Assembly (NCBI GenBank): GCA_965178125.1
Contig: OZ237772.1
Coordinates: 372,001-436,000 of the forward strand
Source: Bilabrum cf. latius
Taxonomy: Eukaryota
Length of the DNA: 64,000 nt
Direction: 5' to 3'
The position numbers were made by a program, and so were the translations under genes. Position 1 is the first letter of the stretch, and each line of letters begins with the position of its first letter. Of this stretch, positions 1-13,407 are shown piece after piece. Below the pieces are notes generated by a model, which did not search any database, was not told the origin of the DNA, and saw only the letters and a program-made list of their open reading frames with translations.

Positions 1-1425
1 GGTACTGGGACCGACACAATCCCTGCACGGCCCATTGAGCAAGCGCGGCGTCACTCGAGACCAACAGATGCCCACAGAGAGCACGAGGCGAGCATGGAAA
101 ACCATCCCGTAGTGATCGGATCCAGTGCTGACACGTCCAGCTAGTTCGAAACAGATGCAGCAGATGGGCGCATGGATTGGCCGCACGGTCCACGTCAGAC
201 GATGCAGCCCAGTGCAGCTCACGAATCGTATCCATCGACCCGCTAGGAATCGCACCTGCATCTGGGACTGTAGTCGTCGTCACAGTCCAACTCCCGGGTG
301 TCCCTGCCAACAAGGGGTGCTTCTGCTGGAGGCCCGCACTCAGTGCAAGGGGGCGACCTAGGGGCAAGCAGGGAATATCGGTCTAGGGGAGCCTCTTCTC
401 CTACGGGGGTGCATGAGCTGACCGCGGAATCCAGTGTGGATTCAAACGCGGTCAATGAGCTTGCTTTGCGAGCGGACAACGATGCCCAGCCGAGGCCCGA
501 GAGGCAATCAATTGCGGCCTTGTACGACCAGAGTTCAGCTCAGTACGGGGATGAAGATGCGAAGGGACGAACATGCACTCTCTTTGAAGCCCCTCATCTA
601 GCTTGCCTTTCGTGCCAGTGTTGCGTGAGAGATGCACGGGATGCGTCTTGCACTCGAGATGCACCATACCTCTGCAGGCTGCTTCCGTGCCGCAATGCAG
701 TGCAGCAGTCCTGGAGACTCCCTTGGCTCCCTCAAGTGGCACCATCCGCCCCTTACCCCCGCGCTGTCCACGGACTAGGGGCGGTGCTTGCTGTGCTGCA
801 GTGGGATGCACTCGAGGGAACGATGTATGCGTATACCGCGTGGTAGCATGATGCCATGGGAGCGATGGATACTGCCCGGCATCACGAGTTGAGAAGTGCG
901 CTGCTGGCAGCAGAAGTTGGCAACCGCAAGACTACGCTGGTGGGATCAGAGTTTGGCAACCGCAAGACCGCCTCTTTACCTTCTTCCGCTGCTCCATCGA
1001 GGAGCCCATCGGTCCTGTCTATAGAACCTACGGATCCACGTGGCATACACTTGGCATCCCGGTACCAGATCAACCGGCCCACGACGGCATGGGCCGACAC
1101 GAAGAAAAGCATGGATGTGTCACCCAACGCACCCAGCGCCGTGGACCAATCGAGCACAAAGGAGGGTCAAGGCAGTCGGTCTGCTGGGCCAGGGAACAGG
1201 GTAGGTCTGCTGTTCCGTCTGTTCGACGCAACGGCTGTGCTCGCGATCGTCACGTGGGCCGTTCTTTGTTCCCTGGGCCAGTGCCCCGTGGGTGCCTGCA
1301 TGCGTGACCCCGGCAGCGACCTCGCCCAGCTGCCCCCAGTGCTGCTGTTGTGGGATCGCGCGGCGGTGGCGGGGGTGGCGGTGGTGGCAAGTCTAGTTGG
1401 GAGTGTGGCTGTCCTGTACAGCTAA
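1..1425 (+). CDS. Paralog A (3' part only, 5' end outside window) of the unrecognised tandem multi-pass membrane protein family
   Basis: Frame 1 is open from base 1 to TAA 1423-1425 if TAG at 142, 244, 271 and 844 is read as sense. Near-identical to 11950-13407 (paralog C). Ends with the family C-terminal module AVLAIVTWAVLCSLGQCPVGACMRDPGSDLAQLPPVLLLWDRAAV. Confidence 0.75.
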
Positions 1426-4163
1426 ATTGGGAATAAAGGTGGCTGTATTGCTAAGGAAAGGGACGAGTTTGGCATCGGCTGGCTTTGGGTCTACTTGTTA
1501 TGACAAGAGGAACAAGCATGATTGCCAGCCTGGCTGCCAAGAGTGCCCGCAGAGGATGGCACTCGTCACGAACTGTAACCAACCCGTCGGTGGATCAAAA
1601 CAAAGCCTATCTGGAATGGTCTGAGCTTTCTTGCATGTTCTTTCTATCAACGATATTTGTTGTTATTATTGTCCATGCTTCTGGCGAAATAGGAGGTATT
1701 TTCAACAGCATACTGCACAATGCTCCACAGACTGCAGGCCTAGTTGCGAGCAACAGCACGTAGAATCATTTTCGCTGCAACGGTGAGCAACGTCATGCCT
1801 TCCGGCTTGTAGCAATAATTCAATTGTACGTATCTGCTCGCGTTGCGGATAAACTGTTCTTGTATCGCAGCAACTTGGCTAGCAAGTCCAGCAAGTGCAA
1901 GTCTTGGCGCAGGGCCTGGATATTTGCGTGCGCATCGAATCTTGGATTCGTCATTATAGAGACTTCGTAAAATAGCTGGTCAGTAGTCAGCGACGAATCA
2001 CCCGTGGCCAGGCGACCGGAGCAATGGATACCCAACTGGTTGGGCTCGCCTATCGTGGCCTGCGCTACCAGGGCGATCCCCGCCACGCAGACCGTTTCGC
2101 GGATCGTACGCCAATAATTCGTTTGTATCGATGATCGCCGTCCCTGCAGCGTCATCAGATCAACATCAGCGCCTATCGGCCGGACCGGGTCCAACGGAGT
2201 GGCCTGCATTTGCCCCTCCAGTGCGAGCAGCAGAACCGTACACTATCGAGCACTGGGTTCTGGAGACGCAGCCCAAGCACCAAGGGCTATCCCAGTACAC
2301 CAATCAGATGCAGCTGTGGTCTAGATCCAACAACGGAATCAAGTCAGGCACACAGCCAGAGTTTAGCGAGGTGGCTGCAGCGGGCTATCCCGAAACTGTG
2401 CAGCAGTCCTCCCAGCTCATGACGATGCGAAGACTTTCTCCAAGCATGGACGGTACGTGCACTGCTGTCTCGATCGTGGACTGCCCCCGCCGCACGTTTG
2501 ACCCGGACTGCACCCCCATGGACGAGCCCATCCCCCTCAACGACACGTGCCGGCAGACGGTGCTGTGGCCCAAGACGTTCGGACGAAGTAGTAGTAGTAT
2601 GCAGCGCCTTCCAAATAGAAGTACAAATGGGTCATGTCCCGCCCCAATCGTGCCTTTTGAAGGCAACATGGACGGGTACACTGCATTGCCGCCTGGAAGC
2701 AGGGGGGACCCCCGGGGCTGGGTGCATTCCACTGCAACGTGTTCCCCCAGGACCATGGATGGGAGCACTCGCGGAGAACTTGATGCACGCGGTCGAACGG
2801 CCGTGTGGACCCAGTCAGTCACGACAATCTGGCCCCCCGGCACCGTTGCCGTGCTGCCTGTGGGCCCGAATGCAACCGCTTCAGGGGATGTAGCTGACTA
2901 CCCGTGGAGGGTGAATAGAGGGCACGTGGTCACTGTGGTCAGCAATGTACCAGCTACCCACGTTTACACCCCTACTACGTCTGACAAGGCGTCATTTCAT
3001 CATAGCAATTATCATGGTACCACGTCATATGCCCCGATGTAGTGCGGGTCTGAAGTGCCGTACGTGCCAGCTGCACCAGATGCCCAGCTCGTGTTCCTGG
3101 ATGACGCCTCTTGCATCGCCTCCAGGTCGTGCAGGCCAGACGTTGGATCCTCCACCAACGCCAGCAGCCCGCAGTACAGGCAGGCCGTGGACGAGTACGC
3201 GGCATCGGACATCGCTCAGCTGTTCCCAACGAGCATGGTAGGGTGCGCGGTGTCGTATAACCTGAACCGAGAGGATTACAACTCTGACTTGCTTCCAGTA
3301 GACATGCCGATCGCGCAGAATGGGGCCGGGTTTTCCTTTGGGTCCATAGCTCGGAGCTACTTGCCAGGGCAAGTGTATTCCCCAGCACTTGCTGGACGGT
3401 GGAATGCGACTCTGTTCACCCCACGGGCACAAGGTGTCCAGCAAGGAAAAAGCAATTCTAGCAAATCGTTGCTTTATAGAGGAACCATGAGGGAATCGGC
3501 TGTTGATATCGGCTAGACATTAGGTCCTATCATGCCAAATGCTATTCTACACGGACCATACGCCGTGTACCGAGGACCGGTCCCACACCGCATGCTGCCC
3601 CCATCGCCCAATGCCACCCTGCCTCCCATCAGCAGAGGACGGTGGGCATGCGCCCGCACTGCCCCGCAAGGGTACTTCCAGGAGCGCCCCTACTGCCTGG
3701 CTATGTGCGACGATCCAAGCCACATCGCGGTGGATGTGGGTCTCGAGCGGGATGCGGGGCTGGCTGCGGCTGGTATCGGGGCAGGAATGAAGGGTGCATC
3801 ACGAGATGGGTGGGCTCTGGTGGCGAGCCAGGCGCGTCACTGGTACTCATACTGGCTTGGATATCCTGGTCTGGTGCAGGACGAGAGGCTGTACGGGAAC
3901 GATCGGCTGGCGCAGGTGCCTGCTCTGGGGTCTGTGCATCCGGTGGTGAATGGATTGTCTAGCCCTGTGTATCGAAATCTCACTGCGCCAGACGGCAGCT
4001 CAATAGGATTGCCGAGTCCGCAGATGGCATGCATGCCTGACGACGACGATGTGTGGCACCGGTCGTGGTCTCGATCGTCTCGATGGGCACAGCGCTTACC
4101 TGTAGGCAGGGGCTACGTTGAATTCAACCTGAGCTTCGATGCGGCTGCGTGGCCGGCCGCTGT
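1..4163 (+). repeat. Segmental duplication, copy 1 (3' part of A, intergenic region, 5' half of B)
   Basis: Near-identical to ~11950-16150 (offset 11949 at the start, 11987 at the end, with small in-frame indels). The match includes the intergenic spacer and the intron. Confidence 0.9.
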
Positions 4164-6705
4164 GCCTCTCCACGATGGCGCACAGGCTCCAGGTCTGAAC
4201 TGGCCAATACCGTCGACTGTGTAGTTGCAATGGCTCGAAGCAGACGTAGCGATGGATCTAAGCGATTGTGCTAGGAACACCGATGGGTGGGCCGTTCATG
4301 TTTCCGCGGTGCACGTCAAGCCAGCGATGCCGGCTCCCGCAAACTCATCGAGATGCGAGCCAGGACCCAGGAGCAAGGGCTGGTGCCAGATATTGCCGAT
4401 GACACTCGTTGTGGTCGCCTCGCCTGTCGTGTTTCCAAACGACACGCAGCATGGCGCGAGCGCGCCATCCTGGGCCAGTCATGAACCTGTCCACCAGACT
4501 ATGTCTAATTCCGCTCCCATGCAACGGATCCTGACCGCAGGCAGCGTGCTGCAGCGAGTGGTGAGGAGGATCAGGGGAGGACCAGATGCTGGGCTGGCCG
4601 GCGTGTGGATGCTGGCCGCAGAACCTGAATCAGTGCATATTACCGTGCAGTTGCCCTGCATTCCGCTCGCCCGTGACCTGGCAGGCTCTGCGTGTGGGTC
4701 GGTAGATGGGGCTATTTTTCTTCATTTTTTCGATGTTGGTTTGAACCGCGCTGTGGTAGTCTGCTGTACCGTCGCGGTCGCATTGCTGCTGTTTCTATGG
4801 TTTCGGTCTGCATGGCTCGATCATCCAATAAGTGTTGGGTTAATCCGGTTTGTGTTGGGGGCGCTATCGCAAGTGACAGCCTGGATCGCTGGGCTGGGCC
4901 TCTTGTAGGTTGAGCTGTTCGTGCCTGCCGCTGTGCTGCTGGCTTGGCTGACATTCGGGCTCCTTGCTAGGCTAGTAGGAGTACTCGTTAGGGGCGCGGC
5001 GGAGCGTGGTGCTTTGGATGCTAATACAGGACGACTTTCAACAGGGTGCAAGCGTGTAGCTTACGACAGTCCGATGCGGCCCGGCTTAAGGTCACCACAA
5101 GCAGGCGTGAATGAGTCTGATGGTGGTGACTCCGCTCGGCAAGCCTTCAATGGAGTCGAAGCATGCCGTCATTCCAATAATTCAGATTCGAGTATAAGAC
5201 CAGCTACCACTGCACTGCATGCGACCAAGTATTCTTCTGACCTTGGTGGTATCGTAATAGAAGCAGGAGAGGAGCTTGAGGTGGGACACAGCGAAAACGA
5301 TGATGGTGATGATGACACGGGTGAGCTAGCGCGGCGGGGTGACAGCAATGGCATGATGCATGGATCGGTTGCCACCTCAAGAGTAGCTGGTCGGGGGCGC
5401 GCCATCCATGGTCCTTCCGCGGACAGGTCGCAGCTACTACACATGGGAGCCTCGGCACGATCCACACCGGCATAGAGACACATGCGCGAAACGGGGGCAA
5501 TGGCACGGCAGGTCTACGGCGGTGTCCGGGTGCAGCTTGTGCTATCCGACATTCCCAGTGCAACCGAAGACGAGGAAGAGGAAGAGAACGTCAGTGAAGA
5601 CACTGCAGGGAGTTGCGACCAGCATGCATTAGAGCAGGCTCAGCATCCAAGTCAACTTGTTGGCGCGACCTCGGATGATTATGCAAATGACTAGGTCTGC
5701 CCTCCTAGCAGTAGCAATCAAGATGTTTCTCCCGGGGCCAGTTTTACGTCTCTCCCGTGCCCCTCCTCTTCCGTCTCCCGCATGGTCGAGCTACGGGACC
5801 AAGGCAGCAGGGCCCCAAGTGGGGACTAGTACGTCCTCGCCAGGAACGTGAGGCCAGAGGGCCACAATGCGCCCGCACAATGGCATGCCCGCACACGGCC
5901 TGTTGCAACTGAGGTGGACGGCCCCGTGCTTCTGCCAGTGGTCGACGATTGTGAAATAGGTTACGGTGGCTACTACCCCCAGCTCTCACCGGTTTGCTAG
6001 CACATGGCCGTTGCTGCCTCTGTGCTATACTGGGGGGCAGGGCAGGACATAGAGACGGCGATGGAAGAGTTGTCAAGGGAGCGACTAGCTGCAGTAGCTG
6101 CAGTAGGAATCGGTCGTTCTGGAGCATCCATGCCTTAGCTTGTCCCGTTCCTACCGTCTGCGGGAGGGCTAGGGAATGGTATGGATGAATCACAGGCCCT
6201 GCAGTGGAACGGTCTCGCTGTGCCAGGCCAGCCGATTCATGCAAGCACGAAACCGGCGGTCGAAGGGAATTCACGGTAGGTATAGGCACCGGTGCCAAAG
6301 CCCCATAGGTCCTCTGGTTCCTCTGGGTGGAACGTGCGCGCAAGAAGACCCAACTCAGGACAAGAGCAGCTGTCTAGCTCCGATTCAGAACGCGTGCGCA
6401 TGCCATTGGAACAAGGTCCCGCCATCTACACCTGCCGATGCCCCAGTACCACCATGTGCGCGGCGGATGTGCTTGCGATGCTCGCGATCGTCATGTGGGC
6501 CGTTCTTTGTTCCCTGGGCCAGTGCCCCGTGGGTGCCTGCATGCGTGACCCCGGCAGCGACCTCGCCCAGCTGCCCCCGGTGCTGCTGCTGTGGGATCGC
6601 GCGGCGGTGGTCGGGGTGGCGATAGCGTCTTGGGGGCTGGGCCATGTGGCTCGCGCCGTCGTTTGTACTGGATGTGCCGAGTCTTCCAGGCTAGCCTGTA
6701 GTTGA
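1635..6705 (+). CDS. Paralog B, ~1660 aa: signal peptide, Cys-containing ectodomain, ~3 TM, long low-complexity loop, C-terminal 2-TM hairpin; join(1635..1782,1871..6705)
   Basis: ATG 1635 MFFLSTIFVVIIVHASG is signal-peptide-like. Phase-1 intron GTGAGC 1783..CGCAG 1870. ORF-track pieces 2131, 3055, 3532, 4225, 4921, 5482 and 6292 share one frame and are separated only by TAG (~14). First TGA is at 6703-6705. Confidence 0.75.
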
Positions 6706-7897
6706 ACGCACATTGGGCATGGCGTAAGGGCTGCAAGCTGTCAAGTTGCAACCAGAATACCATAATAATACCAGAATAATTTGTAGGGTAAAGAAACCAC
6801 ACAAAATAATGTGCAACCACGAATTGCCGAGGAGGAGAAGAGGAGGGAGGACGCAGAGAGAGCGGAACAGCAACAGGAAGCAGCAGCAGTGGCAGCGGCA
6901 GGTGAGGCGGCAGAGGCCGCAGCACTCGCAGCAGTCGTTGAACAGACCGAAGCTGAAGCCGACCAGCAGCAGGAAGAATTGCCGGTCGCACTCAACCTGC
7001 AGGGCGGAATCCGGGGAGGAGCAGTCGCAGCTGCTGACCCTGGCGAAGCACCTCCTCAAGAGATCGAGCCCGAGGATCCAGGAGCTCCAGCTGCAGCACA
7101 ACCCCACCACGGCGGGGTATAGGTGCTTCTGGATCATCCTGAGTGAACTCGGGAGTCTCGATGAGTGCCACAGAGATTAAGTGTTGGACGAGGGTTCGGT
7201 GCGAGATCTCGAAGGTGATGATGATGATTGAATGTAACGATACGACTTTTCACGAATGGCTGTCACACCCCCAAGGTGTTACAGAACAACGCGATCAAAA
7301 GACCCGCAGCCCCCCCCTAAAGCAAAGGCCAAAGCCTCAAGAGAAAGCAAAAGAAAGAAAGAAGAACCCCTCGTCCCGAGGAGGATTTCCGAAATATCAT
7401 GGTGCTACACATACCGAGACGATCACCCTTAGACTCAGCCACTCATCCACCAAAGGACCAGAGGGAAGGAGAGTGAGCCCGTGCCATCCGCCACCAGCGG
7501 GACGTCCATGTACGACGTAGGTACCCCCTTTCACGCAAGACACAACGAAGCGAAGTCGCCATCTCACGCGCCCAGATCCTCTCAAGAGTGTGCATGAGCC
7601 CTCTAGGGCGAGCCACCCGATGTCCCCTCCGATCCTGAGCTCGCATAGCAGCATACAGGTCATCCGATGCGCTCGCAGTCCGGCCTCGCACCGAGGCCCC
7701 AGTCCACCACCTGCAGGCAGTCCAGGACGGAAACGTTCTGATCTTTACACTCAGCTCATCAATCACCCGTGTCGCAAGCCGTACCAATCCAACAGAGGCG
7801 CTAGAGCGGGCAACCTGCCCAATACTTTTGTGACGTGTGCTTCCGGTATGCCGGAGTGTAGCGCCGACACGTCGAGGCAGGGAGTAGCAACACCACT

Positions 7898-10800
7898 ATG
7901 ATGTATGCTAGTGTCATTATATTATGCATCACTTGTTTTGCTGAGGTAGTTTTAGTCAGCTCGCACAAGCCGGTAACATTAGGGATGGCTCGATCAATGC
8001 CTCAAACTACCAAGTTTTGGTCTGACGCGCCCGGAGATAGCAGTAATCGTTGTAACTGTGAGGAGCAGTTTTCCTTATTAAGCAAATGGTCGCGTGTGTA
8101 ATTATTCATCCTCAGGAGTTAACCTGTGCTCTGTCACTGATGACTTTCCTTGCAGCAACATGGCTGCTTCAAGATGACCTGTCGGCGCTCGGGCTCGCTC
8201 CCAATCACACTACCCGAACCCGTAGGATATTGCAGTACAATGGTACGAAATTATTGAAATACAGGTCAAGCTGCTAGATGGTGGATCACCCATGGCCTGG
8301 CATACCATACTCGGGGGTGCTGCAAGGTTGGCTACCGTTTTATTGGACAGCCAGTCCAAGACGACCGCCTAATCGTGCAAAAAATGTATCCCATAAAGTT
8401 TCATTTGCCGCGATGGCGACAGTACCTGCAGCATCATCGCCCTAGCGACCTGTCATAACGGCAAGATAGAGCACCCAGTGGCCGAGCATCGCTCCTCCGG
8501 TACGGGCGGCTGAGCCGTACACAATAGAGCACTGGGAGCTGTCAACCAGACCACGAGAGCAAGGATTATCATTACTTACAAACCAGATGAGGCTCTGGTC
8601 TAGGAGCAACACTAGCACTCCACCTGGCAAACCTGCCAAGCTAGAGGAGGTTGGAGCTGCTGGTATCACCGGCGATGTGCAGGCCTCCTCTCAATTGATG
8701 ATATTGAGGAGGGGAGGCGCAACAATGAACGGGATATGTGCCTCGGTCTCGATCGTGGACTGCCCCCGCCGCACGTTTGACCCGGACTGCACCCCCATGG
8801 ACGAGCCCATCCCCCTCAACGACACGTGCAGGCAGACGGTGCGGTGGCCCAAGACGTTCGGACGTGGTAGCAGTAGTACGCAGAGCCTTCTAAATAGAAG
8901 TACAAATGGGTCATGTCCCGCCCCAATCGTGCCTTTTGAAGGCAACATGGACGCGTACACTGCATTGCCGCCTGGAAGCAGGGGGGACCCCCGAGGCTGG
9001 GTACATTCCACTGCAACGTGTTCCCCCAGGACCATGGATGGCAGCACGCGCAACGGCTTATCTGCAGTCGCGAGAACGGCCGTGTGGACCCAGTCAGTCA
9101 CGACGATCTGGCCCCCCGGCACTGTAGCCGTGCTGCCAGTTGGCCCGAATACAACCGCTTCAGGTGATGCAGCTGACTACCCGTGGAGGGTAAATAGAGG
9201 ACACGTGGTGATGACAATCACGAACGTTCCTTCCACTGCGATATCTCCGAACGAGACGATCTCGTTGCAACAGAGACCACCAAGCCATTAGAATGGTAGG
9301 GGCTCCGGTCATGGGAAGCACGATGGAACTGCAAGCACGCCTGTGCTTGACGACGTTGACAAGCAGGACCTGCGGACGGTATCTTATGCTGCCATGACGT
9401 GTGGGCTGCCTATTTATTTTGTACCAGCTGCACCAGATGCCCAGCTCGTGTTCTTAGATGACGCCTCCTGCATCGCCTCCAGGTCATGCAGGCCAGACGT
9501 GGGATCCTCCACCAACGCCAGCAGCCCACAGTACAGGCAGGCCGTGGACGAGTACGTGGCATCGGACATCGCTCAGCTGTTTCCCGCGGGCATGGTGGGG
9601 TGTGCATTGTCATACGATCTGAACCGAGAAGATTACAACTCAGACTTGCTCCCAGTAGACATGCCGATCGCACAGAACGGGGCCGGTTTTTCTTTTGGGT
9701 CAGTCATGCACAGCTACTTGCCAAGCAATGGGTACCCGTATACACCTTCGACTAAAGGCCGATGGGCGCTCAACGAAATTTCAGGAACTGCAATGAGCCT
9801 GCCTGGTCTCAAAGCTGAGCCTGTAACTCAAAATAGCAGCCATGGGCCTACGAAGTCAGGGGGGTCCTCGTAGGCATATGTGCAACCATTGTTCCCTCAA
9901 GCAATGATCCACGGCCCATATGCCGTGTATCGAGGACCCGTCCCGCACCGCATGCTGCCCCCATCGCCCAATGCCACTCTGCCTCCCATCAGCAGAGGAC
10001 GATGGGCATGCGCCCGCACTGCCCCGCAAGGGTACTTCCAGGAGCGCCCCTACTGCCTGGCTATGTGCGACGATCCCAGCCACATCGCGGTGGATGTTGG
10101 TCTCGAGCGGGATGCGGAGCTGGCTGCAGCTGGCATTGGGGCAGGGGCAGAGGGTGCATCACGAGATGGGTGGGCTCTGGTGGCGAGCCAGGCGCGTCAC
10201 TGGTACTCGTACTGGCTTGGATATCCTGGTCTGATGCAGGACGAAAGGCTGTACGGGAACGATCGGCTGGCGCAGGTGCCTGCTCTTGGGTCTGTGCATC
10301 CGGTGGTGAATGGATTGTCTAGCCCTGTGTATCGAAATCTCACTGCGCCAGACGGCAGTTCAATTGGATTGCCTAGTCCGCAGATGGCATGCATGCCTGA
10401 CGACGACGATGTGTGGCACCGGTCGTGGTCTCGATCGTCCCGATGGGCACAGCGCTTACCTGTAGGCAGGGGCTACGTTGAATTCAACCTGAGCTTTGAT
10501 GCGGCTGCGTGGCCGGCAGCTGTGCCGCTAAGCACCCGGGGGGCAGCACCAGGTCTGGACTGGCCTATCCCTACGGCGGCCCAGCTGGAGTGGTTAGAGG
10601 ATGATATAGAAATGGATGTGGCTGACATGGTGACGGCAGAGGGTCGGGTGCCTGGCGCATCTTGCGCTGCTAGGATTATCTAGGTCAAGACGGGAGCATC
10701 TATTCCCGTCACTGCGGGTTGCTCACCAGGGGACAAAGAAGAGGGGTTTTGTTAGTCGCTTCCCACAAGTGTATCCGTCCGACTGTTGTGTGACCCCCCT

Positions 10801-13407
10801 CCCCCGGTAGTTCAGACGCACACGTTGCCACGTGTCAGGCAGCGGATCCTTTCCGCAGGCAGCGTGCTGCAGCGAGTGGCGAGGAGGATCAGCGGAGGAC
10901 CAGATGCTGGGCTGGCCGGCGTGTGGATGCTGGCCGCAGATCCGGAGTCCGTCCGGGTTTGTATTGAGCTGCCAAGGCTTGCAACGATACAGCGTGGGAA
11001 CGGCGGCTTGTCAAGTGCATTGCAGTGTGGTGCAGACCTTACGAGCTCTTAGCTCGTTGGTGCATCTTTTCGATCAATCTCAGCGGTTGCCGTGTGTGCC
11101 ATTCTGGCTATCCTGTTCGTCGGAATGATGGTCCTTTCGTGCTGGTGCGATGATGGTGGTCGCAACCATCTGTCCGTTAGTCAGCCTGCGGTACTGTTGT
11201 GCATTCAATTAGTTTGGTGGTGTGCTGTGATTGGATTGGGCGAAGCTGAGCTGTATCGGCCTGCGGTAGCTCTCGGAATCATGCTTGGTTTGACTGCAGT
11301 GGGCCGAGCAACCGCTGTAGTGTGCTTCGTGTATCCGTTCTGTCCCTCGTGCAGCCAAAGCCAACGGCGAACAAGACAGCACTCAGCCGTAGATAGTAGT
11401 GTTGAGCTGTATCAGATCAAGGAGGAGGACGACGAAGACTCAAGCGTATTCGGCACCACGGATTTCAACTAGGACTGGCAATCACGGATGCGGGAGGCCA
11501 ATCGATTGGGTGACAAGGCAGCACATGGCACGCTTCGTACAAAAGCGCTGGTGCCTGTACCGCGGGGTGTCGTTGGCATCCCCTCTCCTCAAAGTGTTGC
11601 AGCACGCTTTGACAAGCAAGCTGGCACTATGAACACAATAGCCTTAGACTAGCAGCGGCCCGGCCTCTAGAGCTCGGGCCACAGCGACAACTGCCTCGAC
11701 CTGCAACCTGGAAGACACGATAGCAATGATATATCGGAAGAGCATCAGCGACCCAGAGGCCTCAGTATGGACGAAGTCGATTCAGTGCGGCGCGGGCAGC
11801 TGCGTGTGCACGCAGTGCAGCCTCCGTCCTTACGGTCCATCGGTGGGATGCGAGGACACGCTCTTATGGGTACTCGGCACCTGTCGAAGATGCTAACCAT
11901 CCACAGTGATGAGACCTCCACCACTGATATAAGAACGGAATCAGGTACTGGTACTGGGACCGACGCAATCCCTGCACGGCCAATTGAGCAAGCGCGGCGT
12001 CACTCAAGACCAACAGATGCCCACAGAGAGCACGAGGCGAGCATGGAAAACCATCCCGTAGTGGTCGGATCCAGTGCTGACACGTCCAGCTTGTTCGATA
12101 CAGATGCAGCAGACGGGCGCATCGATTGGCCGCACGGTCCACGTCAGACGATGCAGCCCAGTGCAGCTCACGAATCGTATCCATCGACCCGCTAGGCATC
12201 GCACCTGCATCTGGGACTGTAGTCATCGTCAGAGTCCAACTCCCGGGTGTCCCTGCCAACAAGGGGTGGTTCCGCTAGAGGCCCGCACTCAGTGCAAGGG
12301 GGCGACCTAGGGGTCAGCAGGGAATATCGGTCTAGGGGAGCCTCTTCTCCTACGGGGGTGCATGAGCTGACCGCGGAATCCAGTGTGGATTCGAACGCGG
12401 TCAATTAGCTTGCTTTGCGAGCGGACAACGATGCCCAGCCGAGGTCCAAGAGGCAATCAATTGCGGCCTTGTACGACCAGAGTTCAGCTCAGTATGAGGA
12501 TGAAGATGCGAAGGGACGTACCGCGGAATTGGGCAAATGTGGGACATGCACTCTCTTTGAAGCCCATCATCTAACTTGCCTTTCGTGCCAGTGTCGCGCG
12601 AGAGATGTACGGGATGAGTCTAGCACTCGAGATGCACCATGCCTCTGCAGGCTGCTTCCGTGCCGCAATGCAGTGCAGCAGTCCTAGAGACTCCCGTGGC
12701 TCCCTCAAGTGGCACCATCCGCCCCTTACCCCCGCGCTGTCCACGGACTAGGGGCGGTGCTTGCTGTGCTGCAGTGGGATGCACTCGAGGGAACGATGTA
12801 TGCGTATACCGCGTGGTAGCATGATGCCATGGGAGCGATGGATACTGCCCGGCATCACGAGTTGAGAAGTGCGCTGCTGGCAGCAGAAGTTGGCAACCGC
12901 AAGACTACGCTGGTGGGATCAGAGTTTGGCAACCGCAAGACCGCCTCTTTACCTTCTTCCGCTGCTCCATCGAGGAGCCCATCGGTCCTGTCTATAGAAC
13001 CTACGGATCCACGTGGCATACACTTGGCATCCCGGTACCAGATCAACCGGCCCACGACGGCATGGGCCGACACGAAGAAAAGCATGGATGTGTCACCCAA
13101 CGCACCCAGCGCCGTGGACCAATCGAGCACAAAGGAGGGTCAAGGCAGTCGGTCTGCTGGGCCAGGGAACAGGGTAGGTCTGCTGTTCCGTCTGTTCGAC
13201 GCAACGGCTGCGCTCGCGATCGTCACGTGGGCCGTTCTTTGTTCCCTGGGCCAGTGCCCCGTGGGTGCCTGCATGCGTGACCCCGGCAGCGACCTCGCCC
13301 AGCTGCCCCCAGTGCTGCTGTTGTGGGATCGCGCGGCGGTGGCGGGGGTGGCGGGGGTGGCGGTGGTGGCAAGTCTAGTTGGGAGTGTGGCTGTCCTGTA
13401 CAGCTAA
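7898..13407 (+). CDS. Paralog C, ~1800 aa; join(7898..8057,8156..13407)
   Basis: MMYASVIILCITCFAEVVLVSS is signal-like. Phase-1 intron GTGAGG 8058..TGCAG 8155 lies at the same protein position (after RCN) as in B and D. ORF pieces 8587, 9343, 9880, 10786, 11092, 11767, 12415 and 12829 share one frame and are joined by TAG (~16). Ends TAA 13405-13407. Confidence 0.75.

Noticed and set aside
12685-12687. A-to-I editing of UAG to Trp, or pyrrolysine/Leu/Tyr decoding
   Set aside because: Only one TAG/TGG pair was seen, and most informative sites are Gln-like. No Pyl machinery is present in the window. U-to-C editing to CAG cannot be excluded from DNA alone but is unlikely at more than 100 nuclear sites.
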